From Antedon mediterranea (Eukaryota > Animalia > Echinodermata): DNA of 64,000 nt. Below, piece after piece: positions 48,160 to 61,894 of this stretch. The notes under the pieces were generated by a model. That model was given only the letters and a program-made list of their open reading frames with translations. It made no database searches and had not been told where the DNA came from. Made by a program: the position numbers and the translations under genes. The DNA lies in the NCBI RefSeq assembly GCF_964355755.1, contig NC_092680.1, forward strand, positions 3,038,001-3,102,000. The letters are read 5' to 3'. Every line of letters starts with the position of its first letter. Position 1 is the first letter of the stretch.

Positions 48160-49830
48160 TTCTAAAAAAAAACAACTTAAACCTGTAGATTCTTGGCTAC
48201 ACACAACCTGCAGTGAATATTTTTTTATACCAAGATATTCAATTCACTAAAAATAACCTGATTTGAAGTGCATTGCAACTTAAACCTGTAGATTCTTAGC
48301 TACACACAACCTGTAGTGAACATTTTTTAAACCAAGATAATGAATTTATTAAAAATAACCTGAAGTGCATTGCAACTTAAACCTGTAGATTCTTAGCTAC
48401 ACACAACCTGTAATGAACATTTATTATACCAAGATAATGAATTTATTAAAAATAACCTGATTTAAAGTGCATTGCAACTTAAACCTGTAGATTCTTAGCT
48501 ACACACAACCTGCAGTGATAAATTTATTATACCAAGTTAATGAATTTATTAAAAATAACCTGATTTGAAGTGCATTGCAACTTAAATCTGTAGATTTTTA
48601 GCTACACACAACCTGTAGTGAACATTTATTATACCAAGATAATGAATTTATTAAAAATAACCTGATTTAAAGTGCATTGCAACTTAAACCTGTAGATTCT
48701 TAGCTACACACAACCTGCAGTGAACATTTATTATACCAAGATAATGAATTTATTAAAAATAACCTGATTTGAAGTGCATTGCAACTTAAATCTCTAGATT
48801 TTTAGCTACACACAACCTGTAGTGAACATTTATTATACCAAGATAATGAATTTATTAAAAATAACCTGATTTAAAGTGCATTGCAACTTAAACCTGTAGA
48901 TTCTTAGCTACACACAACCTGCAGTGAACATTTATTATACCAAGATAATGAATTTACTAAAAATAACCTGATTTGAAGTGCATTGCAACTTAAATCTCTA
49001 GATTTTTAGCTACACACAACCTGTAGTGAACATTTATTATACCAAGATAATGAATTTATTAAAAATAACCTGATTTAAAGTGCATTGCAACTTAAACCTG
49101 TAGATTCTTAGCTACACACAACCTGCAGTGATAAATTTTTATACTAAAATAATGAATTTACTAAAAATAACCTGATTTAAAGTGCATTGCAACTTAAACC
49201 TGTAGATTCTTAGCTACACACAACCTGCAGTGAACATTTTTTATACCAAGATAATGAATTTATTAAAAATAACCTGATTTGAAGTGCATTGTAACTGAAA
49301 CCTCTAGATTCTTAGCTACACACAACCTGTAGTGAACATTTTTTAAACCAAGATAATGAATTTATTAAAAATAACCTGATTTGAAGTGCATTGCAACTTA
49401 AACCTCTAGATTCTTAGCTACACACAACCTGCAGTGACCATTTGTTATACCAAGATAATGAATTTACTAAAAATAACCTGCTTTGAAGTGCATTGCAACT
49501 TAAACCTCTAGATTCTTAGCTACACACAACCTGTAGTGAACATTTATTATACCAAAACAATGAATTTATTAAAAATAACCTGATTTGAAGTGCATTGCAA
49601 CTTAAACATGTAGATTCTTAGCTACACACAACCTGCAGTGAACATTTATTATACCAAGATAATGAATTTAATAAAAATAACCTGATTTGAAGTGCATTGC
49701 AACTTAAATCTCTAGATTTTTAGCTACACACAACCTGTAGTGAACATTTATTATACCAAGATAATGAATTTATTAAAAATAACCTGATTTGAAGTGCATT
49801 GCAACTTAAATCAATAGATTTTTAGCTACA
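48160..49830. repeat. Tandem satellite C, 103-bp unit, ~16 copies, related to the 157-bp B unit
   Basis: Unit aaacctgtagattcttagctacacacaacctgcagtgaacatttattataccaagataatgaatttattaaaaataacctgatttgaagtgcattgcaactt; period 48481->48584. Confidence 0.95.
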
Positions 49831-50218
49831 CACACACAACTAAAGCTTATAATACCAAGATATAATGCCACCTTACACATTATATATAATAATTTACAAA
49901 AAATATTTAAAATTATTTGAAATGCACTGAAACTTAAACCCCTAGGTTTTTTAGCTACACATAATTCAGTATATCTTAGCAACACACATACCTGTAGGAA
50001 AAGCTTACAATACCAAGATATTGCCACCTTACACGTAATATATATAATAATTTACAACAAATATTTAAAATTATTCAAATACATACCTGTAGAGAAAACG
50101 CAAACCAAATGTATCTTAAATGTGTTTAGTTAGATTTGTATTTGTAGATGCATATAATAATGCTATCTGAAATGAGTAATAGTAAAGAACAATTATTATG
50201 TGCAGGTTGTGTTGTATG

Positions 50219-53200
50219 CTTACCTGTGATTGGTTCCAACAGCCTTGCATCAGTATCTCCATATCTGAAAAGGGAAAATGTGAAAAAATTTAATTATACC
50301 ATTGCATAGGCCTTGATGTTTCTTACCTGTGATTGGTTCCAACACTCTTGCATCGGTATGGCCATAACTGAAAAGGGAAAATATAAAGAAATTTAATTAT
50401 ACCATTGCATAGGCCTTGATGTTTCTTACCTGTGATTGGTTCCAACAGCCTTGCATCAGTATCTCCATACCTGAAAGGGAAAATATAAAGACATTTAATT
50501 ATACTATTGCTTAGCTTTTGATGTTTCTTACCTGTGATTGGTTCCTACAGTCTTGCATCGATATGTCCATATCTGAAATGAGAAAATTTAAACAAAATTA
50601 TTATACCATTGAATAGACTGGATATTTCTTACCTGTGATTGGTTCCAACAGCCTTGCATTGGTATGTCCATATCTGAAATGAGAAAGTTTAAAGAAATTT
50701 AATTATACCATCCATAGGCTATGATATTTCTTACCTGTGATTGGTTCCAACAGCCTTGCATCGGTATGTCTATATCTGAAAAGGGAAAATATCAAGACAT
50801 TTATTATACCATTGCATAGACTTGATATTTCTTACCTGTGATTGGTTCCAACAGCCTTGCATCGGTATGTCCATATCTGAAAAGGGAAAATATCAAGACA
50901 TTTATTATACCATTGCATAGGCTATGATGTTTCTTACCTGTGATTGGTTCCAACAGTCTTGCATCGGTATGTCCTTATCTGAAAAGATATTCTTAGCTAG
51001 CTACACATAATATATCTTAGTTACACACAAACTTACTAAGATATAATGCCACCTTAAAATGAATTTACAAAAAGTAACCTGATTTGAAATGCATAGAAAA
51101 CTTAAACCTCTATTCTTAACTACACTTATATTTCCTAACTACACACTGCAGGGAAATCTTACAATACTAAGATAATGCCACCTTACACATTATAGATAAT
51201 AATTTACAAACACATGTTTAACATTTTTTTAAGGCACTGAAACTTAAACCTCTGCGTTCTTAGCTACACTTAATACAGTATACCTTAACAACAAACATAC
51301 CTGCAGGAAAAGCTTACAATACCAAAATATAATGCCACCTTACACATAATATATCATAATTTACAACACATATTTAACATTATTTGAAATGCACTAAAAC
51401 TTAAACCTCTACGTTCTTAGCTACACTTAATTCAGTTATCTTAGCAACACACATACCTGCAGAAAAAGCTTACAATACCAAGATATAATGCCACCTTACA
51501 CATTATAGATAATAATTTACAACACATATTTAACTTTATTTGAAATGCACTGAAACTTAAACCTCTACGTTCTTAGCTACACTTAATTACAGTATATAAC
51601 ACACATATCTGCAGAGAAAAGCTTACAATACAAAAATAATGCCACCTTATATCATAATTTACAACAAATATTTAAAATTATTCAAACACATACCTGTAGA
51701 GAAAACGCAAACCAAATGTACCTTACCTTTGTTTAGTTAGATTTGTATCTGTATAGGTGCATGCTATCTGAAATGAGTAAGAGTAAAGAACAATTATTAT
51801 TTGCAGGTTTTGTTGTACTTACCTGTGATTGGTTCCAACAGTCTTCCATTGATATGTTCATAGCTGAAAAGAGGAAATATAAAGAAATTTAATTATACCA
51901 TTGCATAGGCTTAGATGTTTCTTACCTGTGATTGGTTCCTACACTATTGCATCGATATGTCCATATCTGAACAAGGGAAAATATGAAAAAAATTTAATTA
52001 TACCATTGCATAGGCTTTGATATTTCTTACCTGTGATTGGTTCAACAGTTGTGCATCGATATGTCCATATCTGAAAAGGGAAAATATGAAAAAATGTAAT
52101 TTTACCAATACATCTTTGATGTTTCTTACCTGTGATTGGTTCCAACAGTCTTGCATCGGTATGCCATATCTGAAAAAGGAAAATATAAATAAATTTAATT
52201 ATTCCATTGCATAGGCTTTGATTTTTCTTACCTGTGATTGTTTCTAACAGTCTTGCATCGGTATGTCCATATCTGAAAAGGGAAAATATAAGAAATTTAA
52301 TTATACCAATACATCTTTGATGTTTCTTACCTGTGATTGGTTCCAACAGTCTTGAATTGGTATGTCCATATCTGAAAAAGGAAAATATAAAGAAATTTAA
52401 TCATACCATTGTATAGGCTTAGATGTTTCTTACCTGTGATTGGTTGCAACAGTCTTGCATTGGTATATCCATATCTGAAAAGGGAAAATATAAAGACATT
52501 TAGTATATCATTGCATAGCCGTTGAGATTTCTTACCTGTGATTGGTTCCAACTGTCTTGCATTGGTATGCCCATATCTGAAAAGGGAAAATATAAAGAAA
52601 TTTAATTATACCATTGCATAGGCTTTGATGTTTCTTACCTGTGATTGGTTGCAACTGCCTTGCATCAGTATATCCATACCTGAAAGGGAAATATAAAGAA
52701 ATTTAATTATACTATTGCTTAAGTTTTGATGTTTCTTACCTGTGATTGGTTCCTACAGTCTTGCATCGATATGTCCATATCTGAAATGAGAACATTTTAA
52801 GAAAATTATTATACCATTGAATAGACTGGATATTTCTTACCTGTGATTGGTTCCAACAGCCTTGCATTGGTATGTCCATATCTGAAATGGGAAAATATCA
52901 AGACATTTATTATACCATTCCATAGGCTATGATGTTTCTTACCTGTGATTGGTTGCAACTGCCTTGCATCATTATGTCCATACCTGAAAAGAGAAAATAT
53001 AAAGAAATTTAATTATACTATTGCTTCGGTTTTGATGTTTCTTACCTGTGATTGGTCCAACAGTCTTGCATCAGTGCGTGCATATCTGAAATGAGAAAGT
53101 TTAAAGAAATTTAATTATACCATTGCATAGACTTGATATTTCTTACCTGTGATTGGTTCCAACAGCCTTGCATCGGTATGTCCATATCTGAAAAGGGAAA

Positions 53201-56200
53201 ATATCAAGACATTTATTATACCATTGCATAGACTTGATATTTCTTACCTGTGATTGGTTCCAACAGCCTTGCATCGGTATGTCCATATCTGAAAAGGGGA
53301 AAAAAATAAAGACATTTATTATACCATTGCATAGACTTGATATTTCTTACCTGTGATTGGTTCCAACAGCCTTGCAACGGTATGTCCATATCTGAAAAGG
53401 GAAAATATCAAGACATTTATTATACCATTGCATAGGCTATGATGTTTCTTACCTGTGATTGGTTCCAACAGTCTTGCATCGGTATGTCCTTATCTGAAAA
53501 GATATTCTTAGCTAGCTACACATAATATATCTTAGTTACACACAAACTTACTAAGATATAAAGCCACCTTAAAATGAATTTACAAAAAGTAACCTGATTT
53601 GAAATGCATTGAAAACTTAAACCTCTATTCTTAACTACACTTATATTTCCTAACTACACACGACCTGCAGGGAAATCTTACAATACTAAGATAATGCCAC
53701 CTTACACATTATAGATAATAATTTACAAACACATGTTTAACATTTTTTTAATGCACTGAAACTTAAACCTCTGCGTTCTTAGCTACACTTAATACAGTAT
53801 ACCTTAACAACAAACATACCTGCAGGAAAAGCTTGCAATACCAAAATATAATGCCACCTTACACATTATATATAATAATTTAAAACACATATTTAACATT
53901 ATTTGAAATGCACTGAAACTTAAACCTCTGCGTTCTTAGCTACACTTAATACAGTATACCTTAACAACAAACATACCTGCAGGAAAAGCTTACAATACCA
54001 AAATATAATGCCACCTTACACATTATATATCATAATTTACAACACATATTTAACATTATTTGAAATGCACTGAAACTTAAACCTCTACGTTCTTAGCTAC
54101 ACTTAATACAGTATACCTTAACAACAAACATACCTGCAGGAAAAGCTTACAATACCAAAATATAATGCCACCTTACACATTATAGATAATAATTTACAAC
54201 ACATATTTAACTTTATTTGAAATGCACTGAAACTTAAACCTCTACGTTCTTAGCTACACTTAATTACAGTATATAACACACATATCTGCAGAGAAAAGCT
54301 TACAATACAAAGATAATGCCACCTTACACATCATAATTTACAACAAATATTTAAAATTATTCAAACACATACCTGTAGAGAAAACGGAAACCAAATGTAC
54401 CTTACCTTTGTTTAGTTAGATTTGTATCTGTAGAGGTTCATGCTATCTGAAATGAGTAAGAGTAAAGAACAATTATTATTTGCAGGTTTTGTTGTACTTA
54501 CCTGTGATTGGTTCCAACAGTCTTCCATTGGTATGTCCATATCTGAAATGAGAAAGTATAAAGAAATGTAATTATACCATTGCATAGGCTTTGATGTTTC
54601 TTACCTGTGATTTGTTCCAACAGTCTTTCATCTGTATGTATGTCTGAAAACAGAAAATATAAAGAGATTTAATTATACCATTGCATAGGATTTGATGTTT
54701 CTTACCTGTGATTGGTTCCAACAGTCTTTCATCTGTATGTCCATATCTGAAGAGGGAAAGTATAAAGAAATTTAATTATACCATTGCATAGGCTTTGATA
54801 TTTCTTACCTGTGATTGGTTCCAACAGTTGTGCATCGATATGTCCATATCTGAAAAGGGAAAATATGACAAAATGTAATTTTACCAATACATCTTTGATG
54901 TTTCTTACCTGTGATTGGTTCCAACAGTCTTGCATCGGTATGCCATATCTGAAAAAGGAAAATATAAATAAATTTAATTATTCCATTGCATAGGCTTTCA
55001 TGTTTCTTACCTGTGATTGGTTCCAACAGTCTTGCATCGGTATGCCATATCTGAAAAAGGAAAATATAAATAAATTTAATTATTCCATTGCATAGGCTTT
55101 GATTTTTCTTACCTGTGATTGTTTATAACAGCCTTGCATCAGTACATCCATATCTGAAAAGGGAAAATATAAGAAATTTAATTATACCAATACATCTTTG
55201 ATGTTTCTTACCTGTGATTGGTTCCAACAGTCTTGAATTGGTATGTCCATATCTGAAAAAGGAAAATATAAAGAGATTTAATCATACCATTGTATAGGCT
55301 TAGATGTTTCTTACCTGTGATTGGTTGCAACAATCTTGCATTGGTATATCCATATCTGAAAAGGGAAAATATAAAGACATTTAGTATATCATTGCATAGC
55401 CGTTGAGATTTCTTACCTGTGATTGGTTCCAACTGTCTTGCATTGGTATGCCCTTATCTGAAAAGGGAAAATATAAAGAAATTTAATTATACCATTGCAT
55501 AGGCTTTGATGTTTCTTACCTGTGATTGGTTGCAACTGCCTTGCATCAGTATCTCCATACCTGCTGAAAGGGAAATATAAAGAAATTTAATTATACTATT
55601 GCTTAGGTTTTGATGTTTCTTACCTGTGATTGGTTCCAACAGTCTTGCATCGATATGTCCATATCTGAAATGAGAAAATTTAAAGAAAATTATTATACCA
55701 TTGAATAGACTGGATATTTCTTACCTGTGATTGGTTCCAACAGCCTTGCATTGGTATGTCCATATCTGAAATGGGAAAATATCAAGACATTTATTATACC
55801 ATTCAATAGGCTATGATGTTTCTTACCTGTGATTGGTTGCAACTGCCTTGCATCATTATGTCCATACCTGAAAAGAGAAAATATAAAGAAATTTAATTAT
55901 ACTATTGCTTCGGTTTTGATGTTTCTTACCTGTGATTGGTTCCAACAGTCTTGCATCAGTGCGTGCATATCTGAAATGAGAAAGTTTAAAGAAATTTAAT
56001 TATACCATTGCATAGACTTGATATTTCGTACCTGTGATTGGTTCCAACAGCCTTGCATCGGTATGTCCATATCTGAAAAGGGGAAAAAAATAAAGACATT
56101 TATTATACCATTGCATAGACTTGATATTTCTTACCTGTGATTGGTTCCAACAGCCTTGCATCGGTATGTCCATATCTGAAAAGGGAAAATATCAAGACAT

Positions 56201-59200
56201 TTATTATACCATTTCATAGGCTATGATGTTTCTTACCTGTGATTGGTTCCAACAGTCTTGCATCGGTATGTCCTTATCTGAAAAGATATTCTTAGCTAGC
56301 TACACATAATATATCTTAGTTACACACAAACTTACTAAGATATAATGCCACCTTAAAATGAATTTACAAAAAGTAACCTGATTTGAAATGCATTGAAAAC
56401 TTAAACCTCTATTCTTAACTACACTTATATTTCCTAACTACACACGACCTGCAGGGAAATCTTACAATACTAAGATAATGCCACCTTACACATTATAGAT
56501 AATAATTTACAAACACATGTTTAACATTTTTTTAATGCACTGAAACTTAAACCTCTGCGTTCTTAGCTACACTTAATACAGTATACCTTAACAACAAACA
56601 TACCTGCAGGAAAAGCTTACAATACCAAAATATAATGCCACCTTACACATTATATATAATAATTTAAAACACATATTTAACATTATTTGAAATGCACTGA
56701 AACTTAAACCTCTGCGTTCTTAGCTACACTTAATACAGTATACCTTAACAACAAACATACCTGCAGGAAAAGCTTACAATACCAAAATATAATGCCACCT
56801 TACACATTATATATCATAATTTACAACACATATTTAACATTACTTGAAATGCACTGAAACTTAAACCTCTACGTTCTTAGCTACACTTAATACAGTATAC
56901 CTTAACAACAAACATACCTGCAGGAAAAGCTTACAATACCAAAATATAATGCCACCTTACACATTATAGATAATAATTTACAACACATATTTAACTTTAT
57001 TTGAAATGCACTGAAACTTAAACCTCTACGTTCTTAGCTACACTTAATTACAGTATATAACACACATATCTGCAGAGAAAAGCTTACAATACAAAGATAA
57101 TGCCACCTTACACATCATAATTTAAAACAAATATTTAAAATTATTCAAACACATACCTGTAGAGAAAACGGAAACCAAATGTACCTTACCTTTGTTTAGT
57201 TAGATTTGTATCTGTAGAGGTGCATGCTATCTGAAATGAGTAAGAGTAAAGAACAATTATTATTTGCAGGTTTTGTTGTACTTACCTGTGATTGGTTCCA
57301 ACAGTCTTCCATTGGTATGTCCATAGCTGAAAAGGGAAAATATAAAGAAATTTAATTATACCATTGCATAGGCTTAGATGTTTCTTACCTGTGATTGGTT
57401 CCTACACTATTGCATCGATATGTCTATATCTGAACAAGGGAAAATATGAAAAAAATTTAATTATACCATTGCATAGGCTTTGATGTTTCTTACCTGTGAT
57501 TGGTTCCAACAGCCTTGCATCAGTATGTCCATATCTGAAAAAGGAAAATATAAAGAAATTCAGTTATACTATTGCTTAGGTTTTGATGTTTCTTACCTGT
57601 GATTGGTTCCAAAAGTCTTGCATCATTATGTCCATATCTGAAATGAGAAAGTATAAAGAAATGTAATTATACCATTGCATAGGCTTTGATGTTTCTTACC
57701 TGTGATTTGTTCCAACAGTCTTTCATCTGTATGTATGTCTGAAAACAGAAAATATAAAGAGATTTAATTATACCATTGCATAGGCTTTGATGTTTCTTAC
57801 CTGTGATTGGTTCCAACAGTCTTTCATCTGTATGTCCATATCTGAAAAGGGAAAGTATAAAGAAATTTAATTATACCATTGCATAGGCTTTGATATTTCT
57901 TACCTGTGATTGGTTCCAACAGCCTTGCATTGGTATGTCCATATCTGAAATGAGAAAATTTAAAGAAAATTATTATACCATTGAATAGACTGGATATTTC
58001 TTACCTGTGATTGGTTCAAACAGCCTTGCATTGGTATGTCCATATCTGAAATGGGAAAATATCAAGACATTTATTATACCATTCCATAGGCTATGATGTT
58101 TCTTACCTGTGATTGGTTGTAACTGCCTTGCATCATTATGTCCATACCTGAAAAGGGAAAATATAAAGAAATTGAATTATACTATTGTATAGGCTTAGAT
58201 GTTTCTTACCTGTGATTGGTTGCAACAGTCTTGCATTGGTATATCCATATCTGAAAAGGGAAAATATAAAGACATTTAGTATATCATTGCATAGCCGTTG
58301 AGATTTCTTACCTGTGATTGGTTCCAACAGTCTTGCATCACTGCGTGCATACCTGAAATGAGAAAGTTTAAAGAAATTTAATTATACCATTGCATAGACT
58401 TGATATTTCTTACCTGTGATTGGTTCCAACAGCCTTGCATCGGTATGTCCATATCTAAAAAGGGGAAAAAAATAAAGACATTTATTATACCATTGCATAG
58501 ACTTGATATTTCTTACCTGTGATTGGTTCCAACAGCCTTGCATCGGTATGTCCATATCTGAAAAGGGAAAATATCAAGACATTTATTATACCATTGCATA
58601 GGCTATGATGTTTCTTACCTGTGATTGGTTCCAACAGTCTTGCATCGGTATGTCCTTATCTGAAATGATATTCTTAGCTAGCTACACATAATATATCTTA
58701 GTTACACACAAACTTACTAAGATATAATGCCACCTTAAAATGAATTTACAAAAAGTAACCTGATTTGAAATGCATTGAAAACTTAAACCTCTATTCTTAA
58801 CCACACTTATATTTCCTAACTACACACGACCTGCAGGGAAATCTTACAATACTAAGATAATGCCACCTTACACATTATAGATAATAATTTACAAACACAT
58901 GTTTAACATTTTTTTAATGCACTGAAACTTAAACCTCTGCGTTCTTAGCTACACTTAATACAGTATACCTTAACAACAAACATACCTGCAGGAAAAGCTT
59001 ACAATACCAAAATATAATGCCACCTTACACATTATATATCATAATTTACAACACATATTTAACATTATTTGAAATGCACTGAAACTTAAACCTCTACGTT
59101 CTTAGCTACACTTAATACAGTATACCTTAACAACAAACATACCTGCAGGAAAAGCTTACAATACCAAAATATAATGCCACCTTACACATTATAGATAATA

Positions 59201-60569
59201 ATTTACAACACATATTTAACTTTATTTGAAATGCACTGAAACTTAAACCTCTACGTTCTTAGCTACACTTAATTACAGTATATAACACACATATCTGCAG
59301 AGAAAAGCTTACAATACAAAGATAATGCCACCTTACACATCATAATTTACAACAAATATTTAAAATTATTCAAACACATACCTGTAGAGAAAACGGAAAC
59401 CAAATGTACCTTACCTTTGTTTAGTTAGATTTGTATCTGTAGAGGTTCATGCTATCTGAAATGAGTAAGAGTAAAGAACAATTATTATTTGCAGGTTTTG
59501 TTGTACTTACCTGTGATTGGTTCCAACAGTCTTCAATTGGTATGTCCATAGCTGAAAAGGGAAAATATAAAGAAATTTAATTATACCATTGCATAGGCTT
59601 AGATGTTTCTTTCCTGTGATTGGTTCCTACACTATTGCATCGATATGTCCATATCTGAACAAGGGAAAATATGAAAAAAATTTAATTATACCATTGCATA
59701 GGCTTTGATGTTTCTTACCTGTGCTTGGTTCCAACAGCCTTGCATCAGTATGTCCATATCTGAAAAAGGAAAATATAAAGAAATTCAGTTATACTATTGC
59801 TTAGGTTTTGATGTTACTTACCTGTGATTGGTTCCAACAGTCTTGCATCATTATGTCCATATCTGAAATGAGAAAGTATAAAGAAATGTAATTATACCAT
59901 TGCATAGGCTTTGATGTTTCTTACCTGTGATTTGTTCCAACAGTCTTTCATCTGTATGTATGTCTGAAAACAGAAAATATAAAGAGATTTAATTATACCA
60001 TTGCATAGGCTTTGATGTTTCTTACCTGTGATTGGTTCCAACAGTCTTTCATCTGTATTTCCATATCTGAAAAGGAAAAGTATAAAGAAATTTAATTATA
60101 CCATTGCATAGGCTTTGATATTTCTTACCTGTGATTGGTTCCAACAGTTGTGCATCGATATGTCCATATCTGAAAAGGGAAAATATGACAAAATGTAATT
60201 TTACCAATACATCTTTGATGTTTCTTACCTGTGATTGGTTCCAACACTCTTGCATCATTATGTCCATATCTGAAAAGGGAAAATATAAAGAAATTTATTT
60301 ATACCATTGCATAGGCTTAGATGTTTCTTACCTGTGATTGGTTCCAACACTCTTGCATCGGTATGTCCATATCTGAAAAGGAAAAATATAAAGAAATTTA
60401 TTTATACCATTGCATAGGCTTAGATGTTTCTTACCTGTGATTGGTTCCAACAGCCTTGCATTGGTATGTCAATATCTTAAAAGGGAAAATATAAAGAAAT
60501 GTAATTATACCATTGCATAGGCTTTGATGTTCACCTGTGATTGCTTTCCTTGTATTGTCAAAACTAGAT
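50219..60569 (-). repeat. Compound tandem array: ~67 copies of a ~103-bp exon/intron-like unit (A) in five blocks, separated by ~0.85-1.0-kb spacers of 157-bp units (B) plus a linker
   Basis: A blocks ~50219-50985 (8 units), 51818-53500 (17), 54497-56285 (18), 57281-58668 (14), 59506-60530 (10). Measured period 54701->54804 = 103; B period 53761->53918->54075 = 157. The junction 'gatattcttagctagctacac' recurs at ~50985, 53500, 56285 and 58668. Confidence 0.95.
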
Positions 60570-61894
60570 CTGAAAAGAGAAGAAACATTATTTTATATGA
60601 ACATGTGATTTCTTTGTTTTAAGTGAAGAATTATACACTTTATTATAATTCTTTCTACAATTTGTCGAGGTCTCCCAAATTTATTTTGCATGCTTTCTGT
60701 AACATTTTACATTTTACACAATAAACAATTGATGTGTTAGTATACATGTAACACTTATAGCTGTGTCTGCATTAACTAATAGTTGTCCCAAGAAACCTAA
60801 ATTGTCTGAAAAAAAAAAGAGAGTGCAGGGAAAAATTATTCTTATTATGTGCATACATAAAAACAGTAAAAGGCCCATATAAATGACAAAACATTTATTT
60901 GTGTAAATCTAAAATGTTACAGAAGTACGCGCAGAAACAAAAGCTACCTAAAATCTAACTGCAAAGTACAAGAAGTATAAATATTATGTGATTTAAACCT
61001 AAACATTCTTACTTGGAAATATAAGAATATAAAATAATATTACTTATCTGTCATAAGTGTAGAGAAGCACAACAGGAATAATAATACCAGTCAGCAGTCT
61101 GAGGACTGGAAGTAAGACCTGCAAAAAAAAATCTAACATCAAAAAATAAACAAAAAATAAATAAATATTTGTCCTTAAATAAGACAAGTACACTTAAATT
61201 GTATTATTATATTCTATAAAAGATTTAACCTATTCAATTCAACAATAAATGTTCCCGTATTAAAATTATACATCTCCCGAGGCCCCGAGACTCCTTTCCC
61301 GCTAGTAGATTGGGCTGAGTAGAAAATCAGACGACGTACGCAATGAACACCTGTGACGTCACAGTGACCGGGAACCAGTGAACGCGCTAAGCAGACGATA
61401 ATAACGGTTCGCGGTGATTTACTTTTACAAACCATAGCTCAATGTAGGCTCAGTTATTTTCGCTAAAATTGAAAAAAATAAACTATCTTGATGAAATCAG
61501 TGTTGTAAATAGTAATAGAATATATTGAAATTGAAAATTGGCAAATTTGTAGGCCAAAGTAGCATCAGGCTTATGCCTAAAATTTCAAACGAGTTGATCG
61601 AGGGCCTAGGCGAAGAAGTGGTTCATAAAATCAACATTTTCTGTATAAAAATGTGTCATTAAATAAGATAAAGAAGTAAATTATGAGCTAGGGCCTACTA
61701 AAAGACTATATTATAATTGATAACTCGTAATATTTTGTATTAGTGCATATTTTTAAACAAATAAAATACTTACCTCCTCTACGGTCCTTCTCTCTCTTGA
61801 TGTTTCTTCGTCGCCGCCAACTTACGAAATGACAACGTAAGTCGCCGAGTCGGTAACGTGACGAAAACTATCCAAATTGTTAGATGAACTTATT

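Larger units (their letters stand above)
47350..61850 (-). ncRNA. Putative spliced lncRNA (or extended COX5A leader) hosting the micro-exon array
   Basis: CCAAT boxes at ~61900-62010; first-exon donor GAG|GTAAGT at 61774; acceptors at ~61118, ~60804 and 60569; the array cassettes; unique exon 47827-47965; acceptor at ~47590; AATAAA at ~47351-47401. No long ORF. Inferred only from splice signals. Confidence 0.4.

Noticed and set aside
51939-60337. Repeated short ORFs (MEPITGKK..., MIGSNSCAS...) in the ORF track
   Set aside because: They are unspliced read-through of the 103-bp repeat, shift frame each unit and resemble no known domain.
50219-60569. CRISPR-like array (conserved cttacctgtgattggttccaac with variable intervening sequence)
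   Set aside because: The intervening sequences are homologous to each other rather than unique spacers, there are no cas genes, and the context is eukaryotic.
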